DNA of 64,000 nucleotides from positions 64,001 through 128,000 of the IMG/VR virus record IMGVR_UViG_3300021167_000382. One strand, written 5' to 3'. The stretch is from a virus (lineage: Duplodnaviria > Caudoviricetes). Shown here piece after piece: positions 17,447 through 27,325 of the stretch (positions within the stretch are counted from its first letter, which is position 1; every line of letters begins with the position of its first letter). A model generated the notes under the pieces. It did no database searches, was not told where the DNA came from, and was given only the letters and a program-made list of their open reading frames with translations. A program made the translations under genes and the position numbers.

Positions 17447-19714
17447 TTGACCATTCTCTTTGCTGAAGATTTTGAAAAGAAACACCCGTCGGCAATCGTG
17501 GACTATAAGACAAAAAATGAAGACTTTGTTCGCCTAGCTGCCCTCTATAACAAGATGGGTGTTCCGCATGCGGGTCGAATGATTCTATCGTTGCATGACA
17601 GAGATTTGCAAGGTATCGATCCTTTCAATCCGCCGGATGCTGAAACCGCCCTTCGGATCAGCTTGGAATGTAAGGATAACTTTTGGTATTTTATTCGAGA
17701 GATTGCTCGAGACCCTGCAGGCAGTGACGACTTTCCTATTCTATTCAAACCGAATCGTGGTGTGATTTCAGCCTACTGGTTGTATTTCAACCATATTGTT
17801 TTCTTCCTGATCATGATTCGACAAACCGGTAAATCCTTCGGTATTGACTGGCTCTATATCTGGTTGATGAATATCGGTACAACAAAGTATGAAATCGCAC
17901 AGCTCACGAAGGATGAAAAACTTCGTTCTCGTGAACTAGAACGTCTGAAGGCAATGGAACTCACGATGCCTTCCTACTTGAAGATGCGACATGACCGAGA
18001 TCCAGGTAATACGGAAACGATGCGAGTGTCTCGTCTTGAAAACTACTTTAAGTCCTATTTGCCTAATAAATCCCCAAAGATCGCTGACATGGTCGGTCGA
18101 GGGATGACTGCTTCAACGGCAGGTGTGGACGAACTTGCTTATATCTTTAACAACCATATCACTGTGCCCGTGATGCTATCTGCAACGCTCGCGGCACGTG
18201 AGGTATCTCGTATGAAGGGTGAGCCTTACGGGACCATCTTTACGACAACCTCTGGCAAACGTGATACGCCTGAAGGCAGATACGCTTATCGACTCGTCCA
18301 TGAATCAGCCGTTTGGTCTGAGCAGTTTATGAATGCAAGGAATCTCCAAGAACTTGAGAAGATCATTCTGAATGCTTGTCCAGGTGATGCACGCGGTGAG
18401 AAACGACTCCATGTCAACTGTACCTTCAACCATCGACAACTCGGTAAGACTGATGAATGGCTTAATTCACGCTTGAAGGAATCCATTCAAGAAGATCCGA
18501 CACAGATGCAGGCCGACTACTTCAACATGTGGCCGTCCGGTACAACCGCTTCTCCTTTTACTCGTGAAATCGCTGAACTGATTCGTCAAAGTGTTGTGGA
18601 AGATCACTATACACAAATCGACGGTGCTGATATGTATGCGCTTCGTTGGTATTATCCTGAGTCTGATATCGACGGTCTTATGGAACGCTACGATCACATC
18701 CTTTGTATTGACTCCTCTGACGCTATCGGTCGAGATGCGTTAGGCGTTAATCTAATCAACATCACCACTGGGGAAGAAGCCATGGCTGCTACTGTCCCTA
18801 AAACAAACCTGATTACTTTTGCTAAATGGGTTTGTGATTTCCTGGAACGGCATCTTAAGGTAGTCTTGATCGCTGAACGTCGTGGTAGTGGGCAGACGAT
18901 CACGGATTATCTCTTACTCTATCTTCCAGCCAAAGGTATCGATCCCTTTAAGAGAATTTACAACACCATCGTTCAGGAAGCGGATGAATATCCTGACCGG
19001 TTCAAAGAAATCCAGAACCCCTATGCAGCGGGTGAAGATATCTACACGAAGTACAAGAAGTGTTTTGGTTGGGCAACCTCCGGCGGCGGGACGACCTCAC
19101 GAGGTGACCTCTATAGCAAGACACTTTCCATAGCCACACGAATGGGTGGTAGTGTGATTCGAGACAGCATACTTGTACTCCAGTTACTAGGACTAACTAT
19201 TCGAAATGGCCGGATCGATCACCAGGAAGGTGAGCATGACGATATGGTTGTTTCATGGCTGCTAGGATGGTGGCTAATGACCAATGGTCGTAATCTTCAC
19301 TACTATGGACTGAATCCTCAGAGCATTCTTTCTAATAACGCCACAGTACTTCAAGAACGTAAAACCAAGACCACTTATGATCTCTATCATCAGAAAGTAG
19401 CAATGGATGCGGTTAAGCGACTTAAGGAACTGTTGGAATCTGAAACTGATCCATATGTAATTCGACGGTATGAATCAGATCTTGAACGTGCTGTATCTTT
19501 ACTCACTGTTGAAGATCGACAGATCATCGCTGCCGACGATCTATTACAACAACTCCGTGAAAAACGAAATGAAGCTTTCCGTCCCTCTATGGGCAGCGAG
19601 GCTTCTAACTACTTACAGCAGGCATTATCGAATTATCCTAACATGTATAATGCTGGAAGCTATGGTGGCGGTAACTATGGTTCTGCTGTTTTCTCGAGTG
19701 ATATGTATTTATAA
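17447..19714 (+). CDS. terL: Terminase large subunit (phiKZ gp25-like)
   Basis: Walker A MIRQTGKS, Walker B GVDE, coupling motif FTTT, nuclease motifs CIDSSDAIGRD and HDDMVVSW. Confidence 0.92.
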   Translation: MTILFAEDFEKKHPSAIVDYKTKNEDFVRLAALYNKMGVPHAGRMILSLHDRDLQGIDPFNPPDAETALRISLECKDNFWYFIREIARDPAGSDDFPILFKPNRGVISAYWLYFNHIVFFLIMIRQTGKSFGIDWLYIWLMNIGTTKYEIAQLTKDEKLRSRELERLKAMELTMPSYLKMRHDRDPGNTETMRVSRLENYFKSYLPNKSPKIADMVGRGMTASTAGVDELAYIFNNHITVPVMLSATLAAREVSRMKGEPYGTIFTTTSGKRDTPEGRYAYRLVHESAVWSEQFMNARNLQELEKIILNACPGDARGEKRLHVNCTFNHRQLGKTDEWLNSRLKESIQEDPTQMQADYFNMWPSGTTASPFTREIAELIRQSVVEDHYTQIDGADMYALRWYYPESDIDGLMERYDHILCIDSSDAIGRDALGVNLINITTGEEAMAATVPKTNLITFAKWVCDFLERHLKVVLIAERRGSGQTITDYLLLYLPAKGIDPFKRIYNTIVQEADEYPDRFKEIQNPYAAGEDIYTKYKKCFGWATSGGGTTSRGDLYSKTLSIATRMGGSVIRDSILVLQLLGLTIRNGRIDHQEGEHDDMVVSWLLGWWLMTNGRNLHYYGLNPQSILSNNATVLQERKTKTTYDLYHQKVAMDAVKRLKELLESETDPYVIRRYESDLERAVSLLTVEDRQIIAADDLLQQLREKRNEAFRPSMGSEASNYLQQALSNYPNMYNAGSYGGGNYGSAVFSSDMYL

Positions 19715-19739
19715 TTTTTATACAAGTCACTTATAATGT

Positions 19740-19954
19740 GGTTGTGAGACCAGGAACTCGGTGTGATAATGTATCATATCGGGCTTGCGAGCCATTTGAC
19801 CATGCCCGCTGCGCTGCAAGCGTAAGTCCACAAGACTGAAATCTTGCAATATGTGAAACGTCTTTGGGTGGGGATTGATCACACGGCCTATCCAGGCCAT
19901 AGCGGGTACAGTGTCGCGCTGCATGAATGGGGAGGGCTTCGGCCCTCCCTTTTT
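19740..19954 (+). ncRNA. Candidate multibranch structured ncRNA with its own terminator
   Basis: TATAAT at 19732-19737; nested stems with GNRA-type loops; closes with GGGAGGGC-TTCG-GCCCTCCC-TTTTT. Confidence 0.55.
19930..19954 (+). terminator. Intrinsic terminator
   Basis: 8-bp GC stem, UUCG loop, U5. Confidence 0.85.
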
Positions 19955-19983
19955 CCGTCTAACTGAAAAAAGAAAAGAAGAAC

Positions 19984-20017
19984 ACCAGAGAGCACGGCTG
20001 ATGCCGTGCTCTCTGGT
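19984..20017 (-). terminator. Intrinsic terminator of the minus-strand accessory operon
   Basis: 15-bp stem followed by a U-rich minus-strand tail. Confidence 0.8.
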
Positions 20018-20022
20018 AGCTA

Positions 20023-20442
20023 TTACTTCAGCAGTTCTTTCAGCTTGGTAAAGCGTTCGTTGTCCCTGCGATTGATTTCATCTCTCACAGTCACACCGGC
20101 TTTATTTGCCATCTTCAGAATATGGTTCGACCACTTAGGAGAATAGCCGAGATCATTCCCGGTGCGGATAGCGATATGCGCTACCGTATCCCCGTTATCA
20201 TCGACATACTCCCAAGCATTGAAGTCATCAGACAGATGGCCAGTTGCTGCCGCAGCATGAGCGACTGTCCAGTTCGTCTCATCACAGATACCCCAGAACT
20301 CAAAACCATTTTTAGGTTTGTAGTGTTGAACATAGTAATGAGCGATGGTCCAACCACATTCATCCGTTAAGAGCATCTCCCGAACATTCGGTACCCGTTG
20401 TTTGAGAGAGTGAAGCACATGTTCATAAGACATTGAAACCAC
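20023..20442 (-). CDS. Ankyrin-repeat protein
   Basis: Repeats DECGWTIAHYY, DETNWTVAHAAAATGH, DDNGDTVAHIAIRTG and NKAGVTVRD fit ankyrin D..G.TPLH.A...G. Confidence 0.72.
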   Translation of the reverse strand: MVSMSYEHVLHSLKQRVPNVREMLLTDECGWTIAHYYVQHYKPKNGFEFWGICDETNWTVAHAAAATGHLSDDFNAWEYVDDNGDTVAHIAIRTGNDLGYSPKWSNHILKMANKAGVTVRDEINRRDNERFTKLKELLK

Positions 20443-20480
20443 CTCCTAAAATAAAGAGGCAGGATCGCTGCCTCTAGAAG

Positions 20481-21305
20481 TTATTCGCAATACAGGAAAA
20501 GAACACCTTCGTCATGACGTTCAAAGACTGCCTTGTCGAAGCGACGATTGCCATAGATGATCTGGCCATAGACACCCATAGACTGATGGATGAAGTTCTT
20601 GCCAGTAGACATCGAACGACGGATGATGCTGTATGCCACATTGTCAAGCGTGGCAAACTGGATGAAGCTGACCAAACCGTTATCAGCCACCGGGTAGCTA
20701 ATGTGACGGATTTTGTTGGCAAGGCCCTTGTTGATCAGACGTTGTTTAGCGTAGAATGCATCGACTTCCGCTTCACCTGCTTCAACAGACATGTTGATAA
20801 TGTCATCCGAGGCATCGCTACCTGCGGCATGGGCTTTGTGGCACATGTCCAGAACTTGGTAGTAGCGAACCAATCGACCAACTTCCCCATCATTCTGGTA
20901 GAACTTCTGGGCAGAGATATTCCACTTGGCCAATAGCGGTGATTTCTCAATCGATCCACCATTCCGTTTCACTACCATGTCACTGAGCTTCGACATCAAG
21001 TCAGGCCGCTCGATAAAGACCGAGTGATCCATCGCCGATTGAAGTTGTTCCGGGTGAACTGATTTCCGGTAGTAGTTCGTCAACGATTCACGATTACCAA
21101 CCCCTAGCCAAAGATAACTCTCAGCCGGTAGAATCGGATCACGGATATCAATCAGGGTAATATTGCTGAAAGGTGTGCTGGCCTTGTAAAGATTGGCCGC
21201 CACGACAGATTCATGATCCAGCAGATTAAACACGACGACCTGGTGTTGCGTTTCCAGCAATTCAACATCTTGCCCATTGTCTTTTTTCTTGAAGAAACTA
21301 AACAT
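20481..21305 (-). CDS. Hypothetical protein (N-terminus faintly like a degenerate DHH phosphoesterase)
   Basis: 274-aa ORF with GAGGT RBS; functional guess is weak. Confidence 0.6.
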   Translation of the reverse strand: MFSFFKKKDNGQDVELLETQHQVVVFNLLDHESVVAANLYKASTPFSNITLIDIRDPILPAESYLWLGVGNRESLTNYYRKSVHPEQLQSAMDHSVFIERPDLMSKLSDMVVKRNGGSIEKSPLLAKWNISAQKFYQNDGEVGRLVRYYQVLDMCHKAHAAGSDASDDIINMSVEAGEAEVDAFYAKQRLINKGLANKIRHISYPVADNGLVSFIQFATLDNVAYSIIRRSMSTGKNFIHQSMGVYGQIIYGNRRFDKAVFERHDEGVLFLYCE

Positions 21306-21316
21306 ATCACACCTCT

Positions 21317-21727
21317 TTAGAATTTTATTGGAATACCATTCATTTCATAGAAAACCTTAAGGTCCCTGTGAAACCGTTTAAAAGTCTTGTCCTTGAACAG
21401 GTCAATACTAGCGTAGTCAGATGTACAGCGGGTGAAGCTTTTCGAAGTGACAAACTTTGAAATCCAGATCATGTTACCGTAGGCATCATGAATCAATTCA
21501 CCGATCTTAGCGCTGATTGATGGCACATAGTAGGTGAGGTGCACTTCGAGAACTGGCCTAGATGAAGCACTGTTCTCGGCAGGCTGGATACTCTGATGAA
21601 ATTTACGACACCCGTGGATGATCCTGCCCCAGTATTCCTGGTCATTGATCTTATCGTTAGGCACCGTGAATCGATAGATCGGCCGACCTTCACGATCGAT
21701 ACCGTCATAGGTGTAGAGATGGTTCAT
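21317..21727 (-). CDS. Hypothetical protein
   Basis: 136 aa; ATGA overlap with the upstream gene. Confidence 0.65.
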   Translation of the reverse strand: MNHLYTYDGIDREGRPIYRFTVPNDKINDQEYWGRIIHGCRKFHQSIQPAENSASSRPVLEVHLTYYVPSISAKIGELIHDAYGNMIWISKFVTSKSFTRCTSDYASIDLFKDKTFKRFHRDLKVFYEMNGIPIKF

Positions 21728-22020
21728 GGAGATTTCGCCAAGACGTAGTCCGTCCCTTCAATCAAAGAAGTCACCTCTACCATCGCTACCGCAACAGGGG
21801 AGTTGACGTTCATTGCTAGAAGCAACATTGAATCGACGGGCTTGATGGTGACGGGGGTACCCATGCTTCGACTGCAAAGATTGATGAAGGTACCGACTTG
21901 TTTTTCCACATCACTCATCACCGATGTTAGAGAGTGACCAAGCATGGAGAAATGTGGAAGTGCTGGAATCATGGCCTTTAAGAGACCACGTTCCTGCTGA
22001 AGAAGTACTGTGAGGCGCAT
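21724..22020 (-). CDS. HicB-like antitoxin domain protein (orphan)
   Basis: MRLTVLLQQERGLLKAMIPALPHFSMLGHSLTSVMSDVEKQV fits the HicB N-terminal pattern Y.V.....G...A..P.LPGC...G.T.EEA..N..EA. Confidence 0.55.
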   Translation of the reverse strand: MRLTVLLQQERGLLKAMIPALPHFSMLGHSLTSVMSDVEKQVGTFINLCSRSMGTPVTIKPVDSMLLLAMNVNSPVAVAMVEVTSLIEGTDYVLAKSP

Positions 22021-22036
22021 TTACAACCTTTCTATT

Positions 22037-22393
22037 TCAGAGCATCGCCTGACATTCTTGCGACAACTGCATAGTCGCTTTCTGAACGATATGGCGGTTG
22101 AGGCTACCAAGATACATAAGGGCCGTGTTCTTATCCGGCGTAATGAAGTGACCATTGTGCAAATTCCTATTCAATGTATCCTTCAGAACAATACTTATCG
22201 GCAGTGACAGGTTCGTCAGTGTGCAATGGTACTCTTCACGACCCATGTAGTATTTCACATAGACCGAACGCAGATCACCATCATCCGGATCGGCAAAGAC
22301 AGAGTAGAGGATGGCCAAAGTAATGCCAAACATATTCTCAATGACACTGGCTGTGGCGTAGATCTCAACAGCATCGATTTTATTAACATCCAT
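22037..22393 (-). CDS. Hypothetical protein
   Basis: 118 aa, AGGAG RBS. Confidence 0.65.
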   Translation of the reverse strand: MDVNKIDAVEIYATASVIENMFGITLAILYSVFADPDDGDLRSVYVKYYMGREEYHCTLTNLSLPISIVLKDTLNRNLHNGHFITPDKNTALMYLGSLNRHIVQKATMQLSQECQAML

Positions 22394-22446
22394 TTTTATA
22401 TCTCCTGAAATTCTGATTAAGGGAGAGTACTTCTATCACTGAAGTA

Positions 22447-22821
22447 CTAAGTCGGCCAAGGAATGTTACGGATGGCACACTGGGAAGCTGCGGTGGTAAA
22501 AATGAAGACCAGGATAGCCTTGACGTATTCCGGTGAGAATGCGCTACCAGCAACCCCACCCAACCCAATGGTTTCCAGATACAGCAGGGTTGAGAAGATC
22601 TCGCTATAGCTCAAGTCATCCAACGAAACGTATTCACTCGCACCATCGACCTTCAACTGGATGTCGTTATCGATGAAGCGAACCGATCTTCCAGGGATGG
22701 TACCTTGGAATGCTGGTAGTATGAGTACCGTGTTATTATCACGGAACTCTTTAAAAACCAAGACTTCTAGGCCAGAGCTCGTATCCATCAGCGCTTCCAA
22801 ACAAGCCTTCAATATTTTCAT
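22447..22821 (-). CDS. Hypothetical protein, first gene of an early cassette
   Basis: 124 aa, AGGAG RBS. Confidence 0.65.
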   Translation of the reverse strand: MKILKACLEALMDTSSGLEVLVFKEFRDNNTVLILPAFQGTIPGRSVRFIDNDIQLKVDGASEYVSLDDLSYSEIFSTLLYLETIGLGGVAGSAFSPEYVKAILVFIFTTAASQCAIRNIPWPT

Positions 22822-22869
22822 AATAAATCTCCTGAAATAAATAAGGATACAAAGGTATCCAAGCTCAGG

Positions 22870-22890
22870 TTAGATATACATGAGTGAAAA
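22870..22890 (-). promoter_or_regulatory. Putative early promoter, copy 4
   Basis: Minus strand TTTTCACTCATGTATATCTA; core at 22874-22882. Confidence 0.75.
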
Positions 22891-22906
22891 CTTTTATAGA
22901 CTGAAT

Positions 22907-22938
22907 ACACGAGAGGAGGCAACCGCCTCCTCTCGTGT
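22907..22938 (-). terminator. Hairpin terminator of the structural operon
   Basis: ACACGAGAGGAGGC-AACC-GCCTCCTCTCGTGT. Confidence 0.75.
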
Positions 22939-22944
22939 CAGTGC

Positions 22945-24609
22945 TTAGAAGCGTTTCAGAATTGCAGCAGCGAAAGCCAATTGCAAATCAGCCGTTGGTG
23001 TACGGCGGATGAAGCGAATGAATGCAGTCTGACCACTGACCGTTGCTTGACCAAGGTCAAGGTTCTGGTCCCAACTCGAGATCGGGAAGGTCGTTTCAAA
23101 ACCAGCATAGCTCACCACAAAGTGTGTGGGGAGTGGTGCCATGTTTTCATTGAGTCGATTAACCAAGGGTTGGGTTTTCCAATAGACATTATCCAACCAG
23201 TCCGTCAATGACGTCGAGTCACCTTTAAGGTTAACACTGTGGTCATCATTCACAAAACCATAGACACCGTACCCGTACTGCGGGACAGTATCCGACGACT
23301 CACTGAGAACTGTCCAAGAAGGCAGTGTGTCTGCGCTAGGTGGCTGTTTCAGAACAATGTCGACAAGTTGTGTATGGATGAATGGAATAAACGATCCAGA
23401 GACATCACGAAGATTAACACTCACCGCCTTACGCTGCAGATAGCCGTAAAGTTTTGGATTGAATTCACCCGTGTTTTCCGCAAAGCGAACGACACTCGTC
23501 GCATCAAAGTAGACATTACGTTCCATGTTCAGCAAGAACCAACGCATGGTGTAGCCGATCGCATCACCTTGCCATTCTGGATAACCGAACAGCTTGACTT
23601 CGATGGAGTTATTCGGATTCGTCGTTACCAAGGTAAACGGCTTAGTGATCTTGTTCAAGTTCACACCCGTGGAAGCATAAGCTTGCTCGTTAGCGCCCAG
23701 GAGGTAACGAAGACTCAAAGGAACCTTCTGACCTGGAATTGACGAGACATGCGAGGTTAGGCCGTCCATGGTAAACTTATTACCATCAACCGCATACCGT
23801 GCAGTCGTACCATCTGAATAATGGACAACCCCCATCATGTTCAGGGAATCCATCGGAAGGTTCAGCGGGTATTCGATGACGTCTGTCGATTGGTTAGACA
23901 GCCAAGCACATTCCAGGCTGATCTCCGTGATGTATTTGATACCAACGTGAGCATCTGCAATGGTGTCGGTATTCTCGATCAACATCTGACGTTTATAGAC
24001 CACATGGCCGTCATCCGCATAGATCACGATCGTTACCAGTTCACCATTCGGATAGGCTTCCGTGCAGTTACAGCGACGAATCGCTTTCAGTGCATGGTTG
24101 ATATGACTATCCAGCGTGATCAATTCCAGAGGCACTGAGGTGGAAATGAAGTTACCAGAGTTGTCATAAACCTTCGAGATGGGATGCCCTGATTCTTCAG
24201 TTGTATCGGTTCCAAGGAAAATCTTGGCATAAGACGACATCGATCCTTTGATACCATTCCCAGTATCAACCGAGAGCGTATGCGGAAAGACTGCCGTATT
24301 TAGATAAACACGGTAGACGTCTGATGGTGCACCAGGTCCCATACCCAACAGTCGGTCATTATCGGACAATACGCCCACATTTCCAAACGTAATCATTCGA
24401 AGGGTAGGGACGAGTGAAACTGGATCAAGGTGATCCACGATCCACGTATCACCCGAGTCAGGGTCGATGACCCAGTCCTTAACTTTAGGTACATAACGGT
24501 TCTCACCGACGCCGCCGTCCCAGATTTGCGCTAGTGACCAGATACGCCAGAGAGGTTCGTTGTCCTCGATAGGGTACCGGCCATCAGTTCCGATGATATT
24601 ATCGGCCAT
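22945..24609 (-). CDS. Virion structural (baseplate/tail) protein, phiKZ gp26-like
   Basis: 554 aa; RYVPKVKDWV motif; synteny with sheath and tube. Confidence 0.72.
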   Translation of the reverse strand: MADNIIGTDGRYPIEDNEPLWRIWSLAQIWDGGVGENRYVPKVKDWVIDPDSGDTWIVDHLDPVSLVPTLRMITFGNVGVLSDNDRLLGMGPGAPSDVYRVYLNTAVFPHTLSVDTGNGIKGSMSSYAKIFLGTDTTEESGHPISKVYDNSGNFISTSVPLELITLDSHINHALKAIRRCNCTEAYPNGELVTIVIYADDGHVVYKRQMLIENTDTIADAHVGIKYITEISLECAWLSNQSTDVIEYPLNLPMDSLNMMGVVHYSDGTTARYAVDGNKFTMDGLTSHVSSIPGQKVPLSLRYLLGANEQAYASTGVNLNKITKPFTLVTTNPNNSIEVKLFGYPEWQGDAIGYTMRWFLLNMERNVYFDATSVVRFAENTGEFNPKLYGYLQRKAVSVNLRDVSGSFIPFIHTQLVDIVLKQPPSADTLPSWTVLSESSDTVPQYGYGVYGFVNDDHSVNLKGDSTSLTDWLDNVYWKTQPLVNRLNENMAPLPTHFVVSYAGFETTFPISSWDQNLDLGQATVSGQTAFIRFIRRTPTADLQLAFAAAILKRF

Positions 24610-27221
24610 TAATTACTCCCAGTTGCGTTGATGTTGAGGTGTCCGCTGAGGCTAATCAGATTCTTCCCGTATAACTGAACGACGCGCTTTAGGAAAGCGT
24701 AGCTCTCTACATCTAGCAATATCGTCGTGTCGAGTTGATGAGGGTGGATCAGAACAAACCGATAATCAATCCCTAGTTCCTCATTAAGCGGATCGTTTTT
24801 GAGGAGTGGGGTGTATGTCTTACAAATTTCAATCACATCACTATCCAGTAACTTCTTCTGGAGTTTCTCACGTGGGAATAGACCACTTTGCAAGTCATTG
24901 ATGAGGTGTGCGAAGAAAGGACTATAAAGTCGATGTCTTTCTTGGATAGCTGACGGCGCGTTGCGCGACGGCTGCGGGAGATGTAGAGACAGATAACTGC
25001 CAACCACTCGATCAATCACCAATGACGCTTGACGAAGTAAATCGGTTTCAGAAAGCGTCAGTCCCCTTAAAGGAATGAGACGTTCTTTTACCTGATACGG
25101 CTGCCCGTTCAACGCATTCGTAACACTGATGCCTTGGTGTTCTTCTGAGAAGACGACGTCGTCACGGCGCTTCAACGCACCCTTCACATAAATAGACATC
25201 ACGCGATCATCACGAATATCGTATCTATTATTGTTAGACAGCACACCGTGTTCAATAAAACCATAGTCATCCGTCGATTCAGCAGGAACCATTACACCAT
25301 CAGCTGTTTCACAGAAGCCAGTGAATCTAACCGTTATGCGCTGCGCTGTACTACCAGCAGGCTGGGTTAGATAGTCTTTATTGAAGATGTGGATGTTCGG
25401 GAATTCATAAGTAAAATCAAGACCCCGGATCAATGATCGACCATTTAGCCAGATATCTAAATCAGCCCCAGGAACAGGAAGTTCACGGTGAAGACCGCCT
25501 GAGACTTCTGTTAATGGAAAATAGAGCGTACCTGCCACAGGTAGGATAGAGAATTCATAGGCAAGAAACTTCTCATCAGTTCGCACCATGAGAATGTAGT
25601 CTTCATCCGCTGAGGTCCATTTTAGCAATCCATCAGCGATCTCATACATATCGCTATCAGTCACATCTATCCAGGGCGTTCTGGCAATAGTGTTTTCACC
25701 ATAAGCCATATAGACCTTGTAATTTGAATTACTAGGGACAGGGATGTCAGTTACACCGAAGGTAACTGCAGGGTTATGACTTCCTAGCCCAACTACCCCT
25801 TCAATATAGCTACAGTCAACATGTTCAGCGACATGGACTGCACCCATAGTGTGCGTGGACCATCCTAGTAAAACACCCATCTCGTCGTATTCATAGATGG
25901 TTGAATTATTCTGAAGACCTGCTGGGAGCATGAATGCCTCAGGGACACCGAATGCTGCATTGCTGTAAATAGGTGAGTCAGCTAAGACCTTACTGATGGC
26001 ATTGTAGCCATAGCTCTTCTCAATCAGATCAATGTCAATCTGCGCATAGTCAATGTCCAAAGACCGAATGAATGCTGAGTTCTCAAGTTCAGCTGCTTTC
26101 CAATAAGGAACTGTTGCATCAGCACCAATCAACGCACTAACGATACTTTGATCATCAAGCTTGTAAAGTTCGAAGATGCGATTGTTTTCGAATGGTAGTT
26201 TCTTAACCAGGCCACTATGGCGAATATATAAACGAACTGAAGCTGTTCCAGCTGGTTTACCTTGAGCAGTTAGCCAGTCGACCAAGGATTGATGTGTGTT
26301 GGAAACATTATCAACAAGAAGACTGTAGTCGCGATGCGTCACCATCCGCAGTGTTTCATGGAGATTCCGGTGAACATAGCGTCCATAAGTTCGATATTCA
26401 GACTTTACCAAGACATAGACATCGATATCATCTACATAGTCAATGACATGATCTGAAGTTTCAGGATAATGGAGAAGGTACTTCTGTTTTTGATCCCGCA
26501 GTGATGTGAATGCCGGTAGTCCAGTCAATGGGAAATCAATGACTCGTTTTACTGAGAGGTCGATGATGCATTCTACATAGTCACCGATGGTCACAGATAA
26601 CGGTGAAAGACTGTCGACCATTGTGCCGTTCACATAGGAGAACGTAGCACCACCCATGGCTTTCCACTGGGCTTCGATGCTTTGAATTTCCAATACATCT
26701 GTCATGGCATAGATCAACTTACTAACCACACGTGTATTAGAAGTCAATCCATCCGCTTCAGTGCTGTCGTAGTACGCATTCGTATAAAGACGGAGATAAA
26801 CCTGGTTATCATCCATGTTAAGGTTGAAGCTAGGTTTTACCTCAACACAGAAAATGAATCCACGGTCCGGTGTGTATTGGTAATAGACTTGGGTCAGTGG
26901 GATACGAAGACCGTTGTCCATATAGACATCACAGAACAGAGGAAGGTTGTTCACCGCCTCAGTCATGTTAATCCACGGCTGCTCTGCCCAGAAGGGGTCT
27001 TTTGGAAGCAACCCAAGAATAGTCGGATGTGCTTGACCGACATAATAAACATGGTAATACTTTTTGGGCTCGGGAAGCGAAATACGGCGAGTCATCACTA
27101 ATGTGGAAACCGTATCCCCGCCTTTTTTCGTGATCCGCGCTGCTGCTAGGATAATTTGATTATCCTGCTCCGGACTACACCAGACACTTTTAACAGCGTG
27201 ATCCCTGAGGATATCGAACAA
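24609..27221 (-). CDS. Virion structural (baseplate) protein, phiKZ gp27-like
   Basis: 870 aa; N-terminal VWCSPEQD; synteny. Confidence 0.72.
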   Translation of the reverse strand: MFDILRDHAVKSVWCSPEQDNQIILAAARITKKGGDTVSTLVMTRRISLPEPKKYYHVYYVGQAHPTILGLLPKDPFWAEQPWINMTEAVNNLPLFCDVYMDNGLRIPLTQVYYQYTPDRGFIFCVEVKPSFNLNMDDNQVYLRLYTNAYYDSTEADGLTSNTRVVSKLIYAMTDVLEIQSIEAQWKAMGGATFSYVNGTMVDSLSPLSVTIGDYVECIIDLSVKRVIDFPLTGLPAFTSLRDQKQKYLLHYPETSDHVIDYVDDIDVYVLVKSEYRTYGRYVHRNLHETLRMVTHRDYSLLVDNVSNTHQSLVDWLTAQGKPAGTASVRLYIRHSGLVKKLPFENNRIFELYKLDDQSIVSALIGADATVPYWKAAELENSAFIRSLDIDYAQIDIDLIEKSYGYNAISKVLADSPIYSNAAFGVPEAFMLPAGLQNNSTIYEYDEMGVLLGWSTHTMGAVHVAEHVDCSYIEGVVGLGSHNPAVTFGVTDIPVPSNSNYKVYMAYGENTIARTPWIDVTDSDMYEIADGLLKWTSADEDYILMVRTDEKFLAYEFSILPVAGTLYFPLTEVSGGLHRELPVPGADLDIWLNGRSLIRGLDFTYEFPNIHIFNKDYLTQPAGSTAQRITVRFTGFCETADGVMVPAESTDDYGFIEHGVLSNNNRYDIRDDRVMSIYVKGALKRRDDVVFSEEHQGISVTNALNGQPYQVKERLIPLRGLTLSETDLLRQASLVIDRVVGSYLSLHLPQPSRNAPSAIQERHRLYSPFFAHLINDLQSGLFPREKLQKKLLDSDVIEICKTYTPLLKNDPLNEELGIDYRFVLIHPHQLDTTILLDVESYAFLKRVVQLYGKNLISLSGHLNINATGSN

Positions 27222-27325
27222 AATGTTTCTCCTTTAATGGCTACTAGACGACCTTACCACGAGAACCTCCATAACAGAGGCCTCATGGTAAGATAACGAT
27301 CAGTCTAGTCAATTCCTATCAGCAA

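Noticed and set aside
19727-19924. 65-aa minus ORF, or a tRNA/tmRNA reading of this region
   Set aside because: Lies beyond the minus-strand terminator; no GTTCRA T-arm, CCA end or cloverleaf
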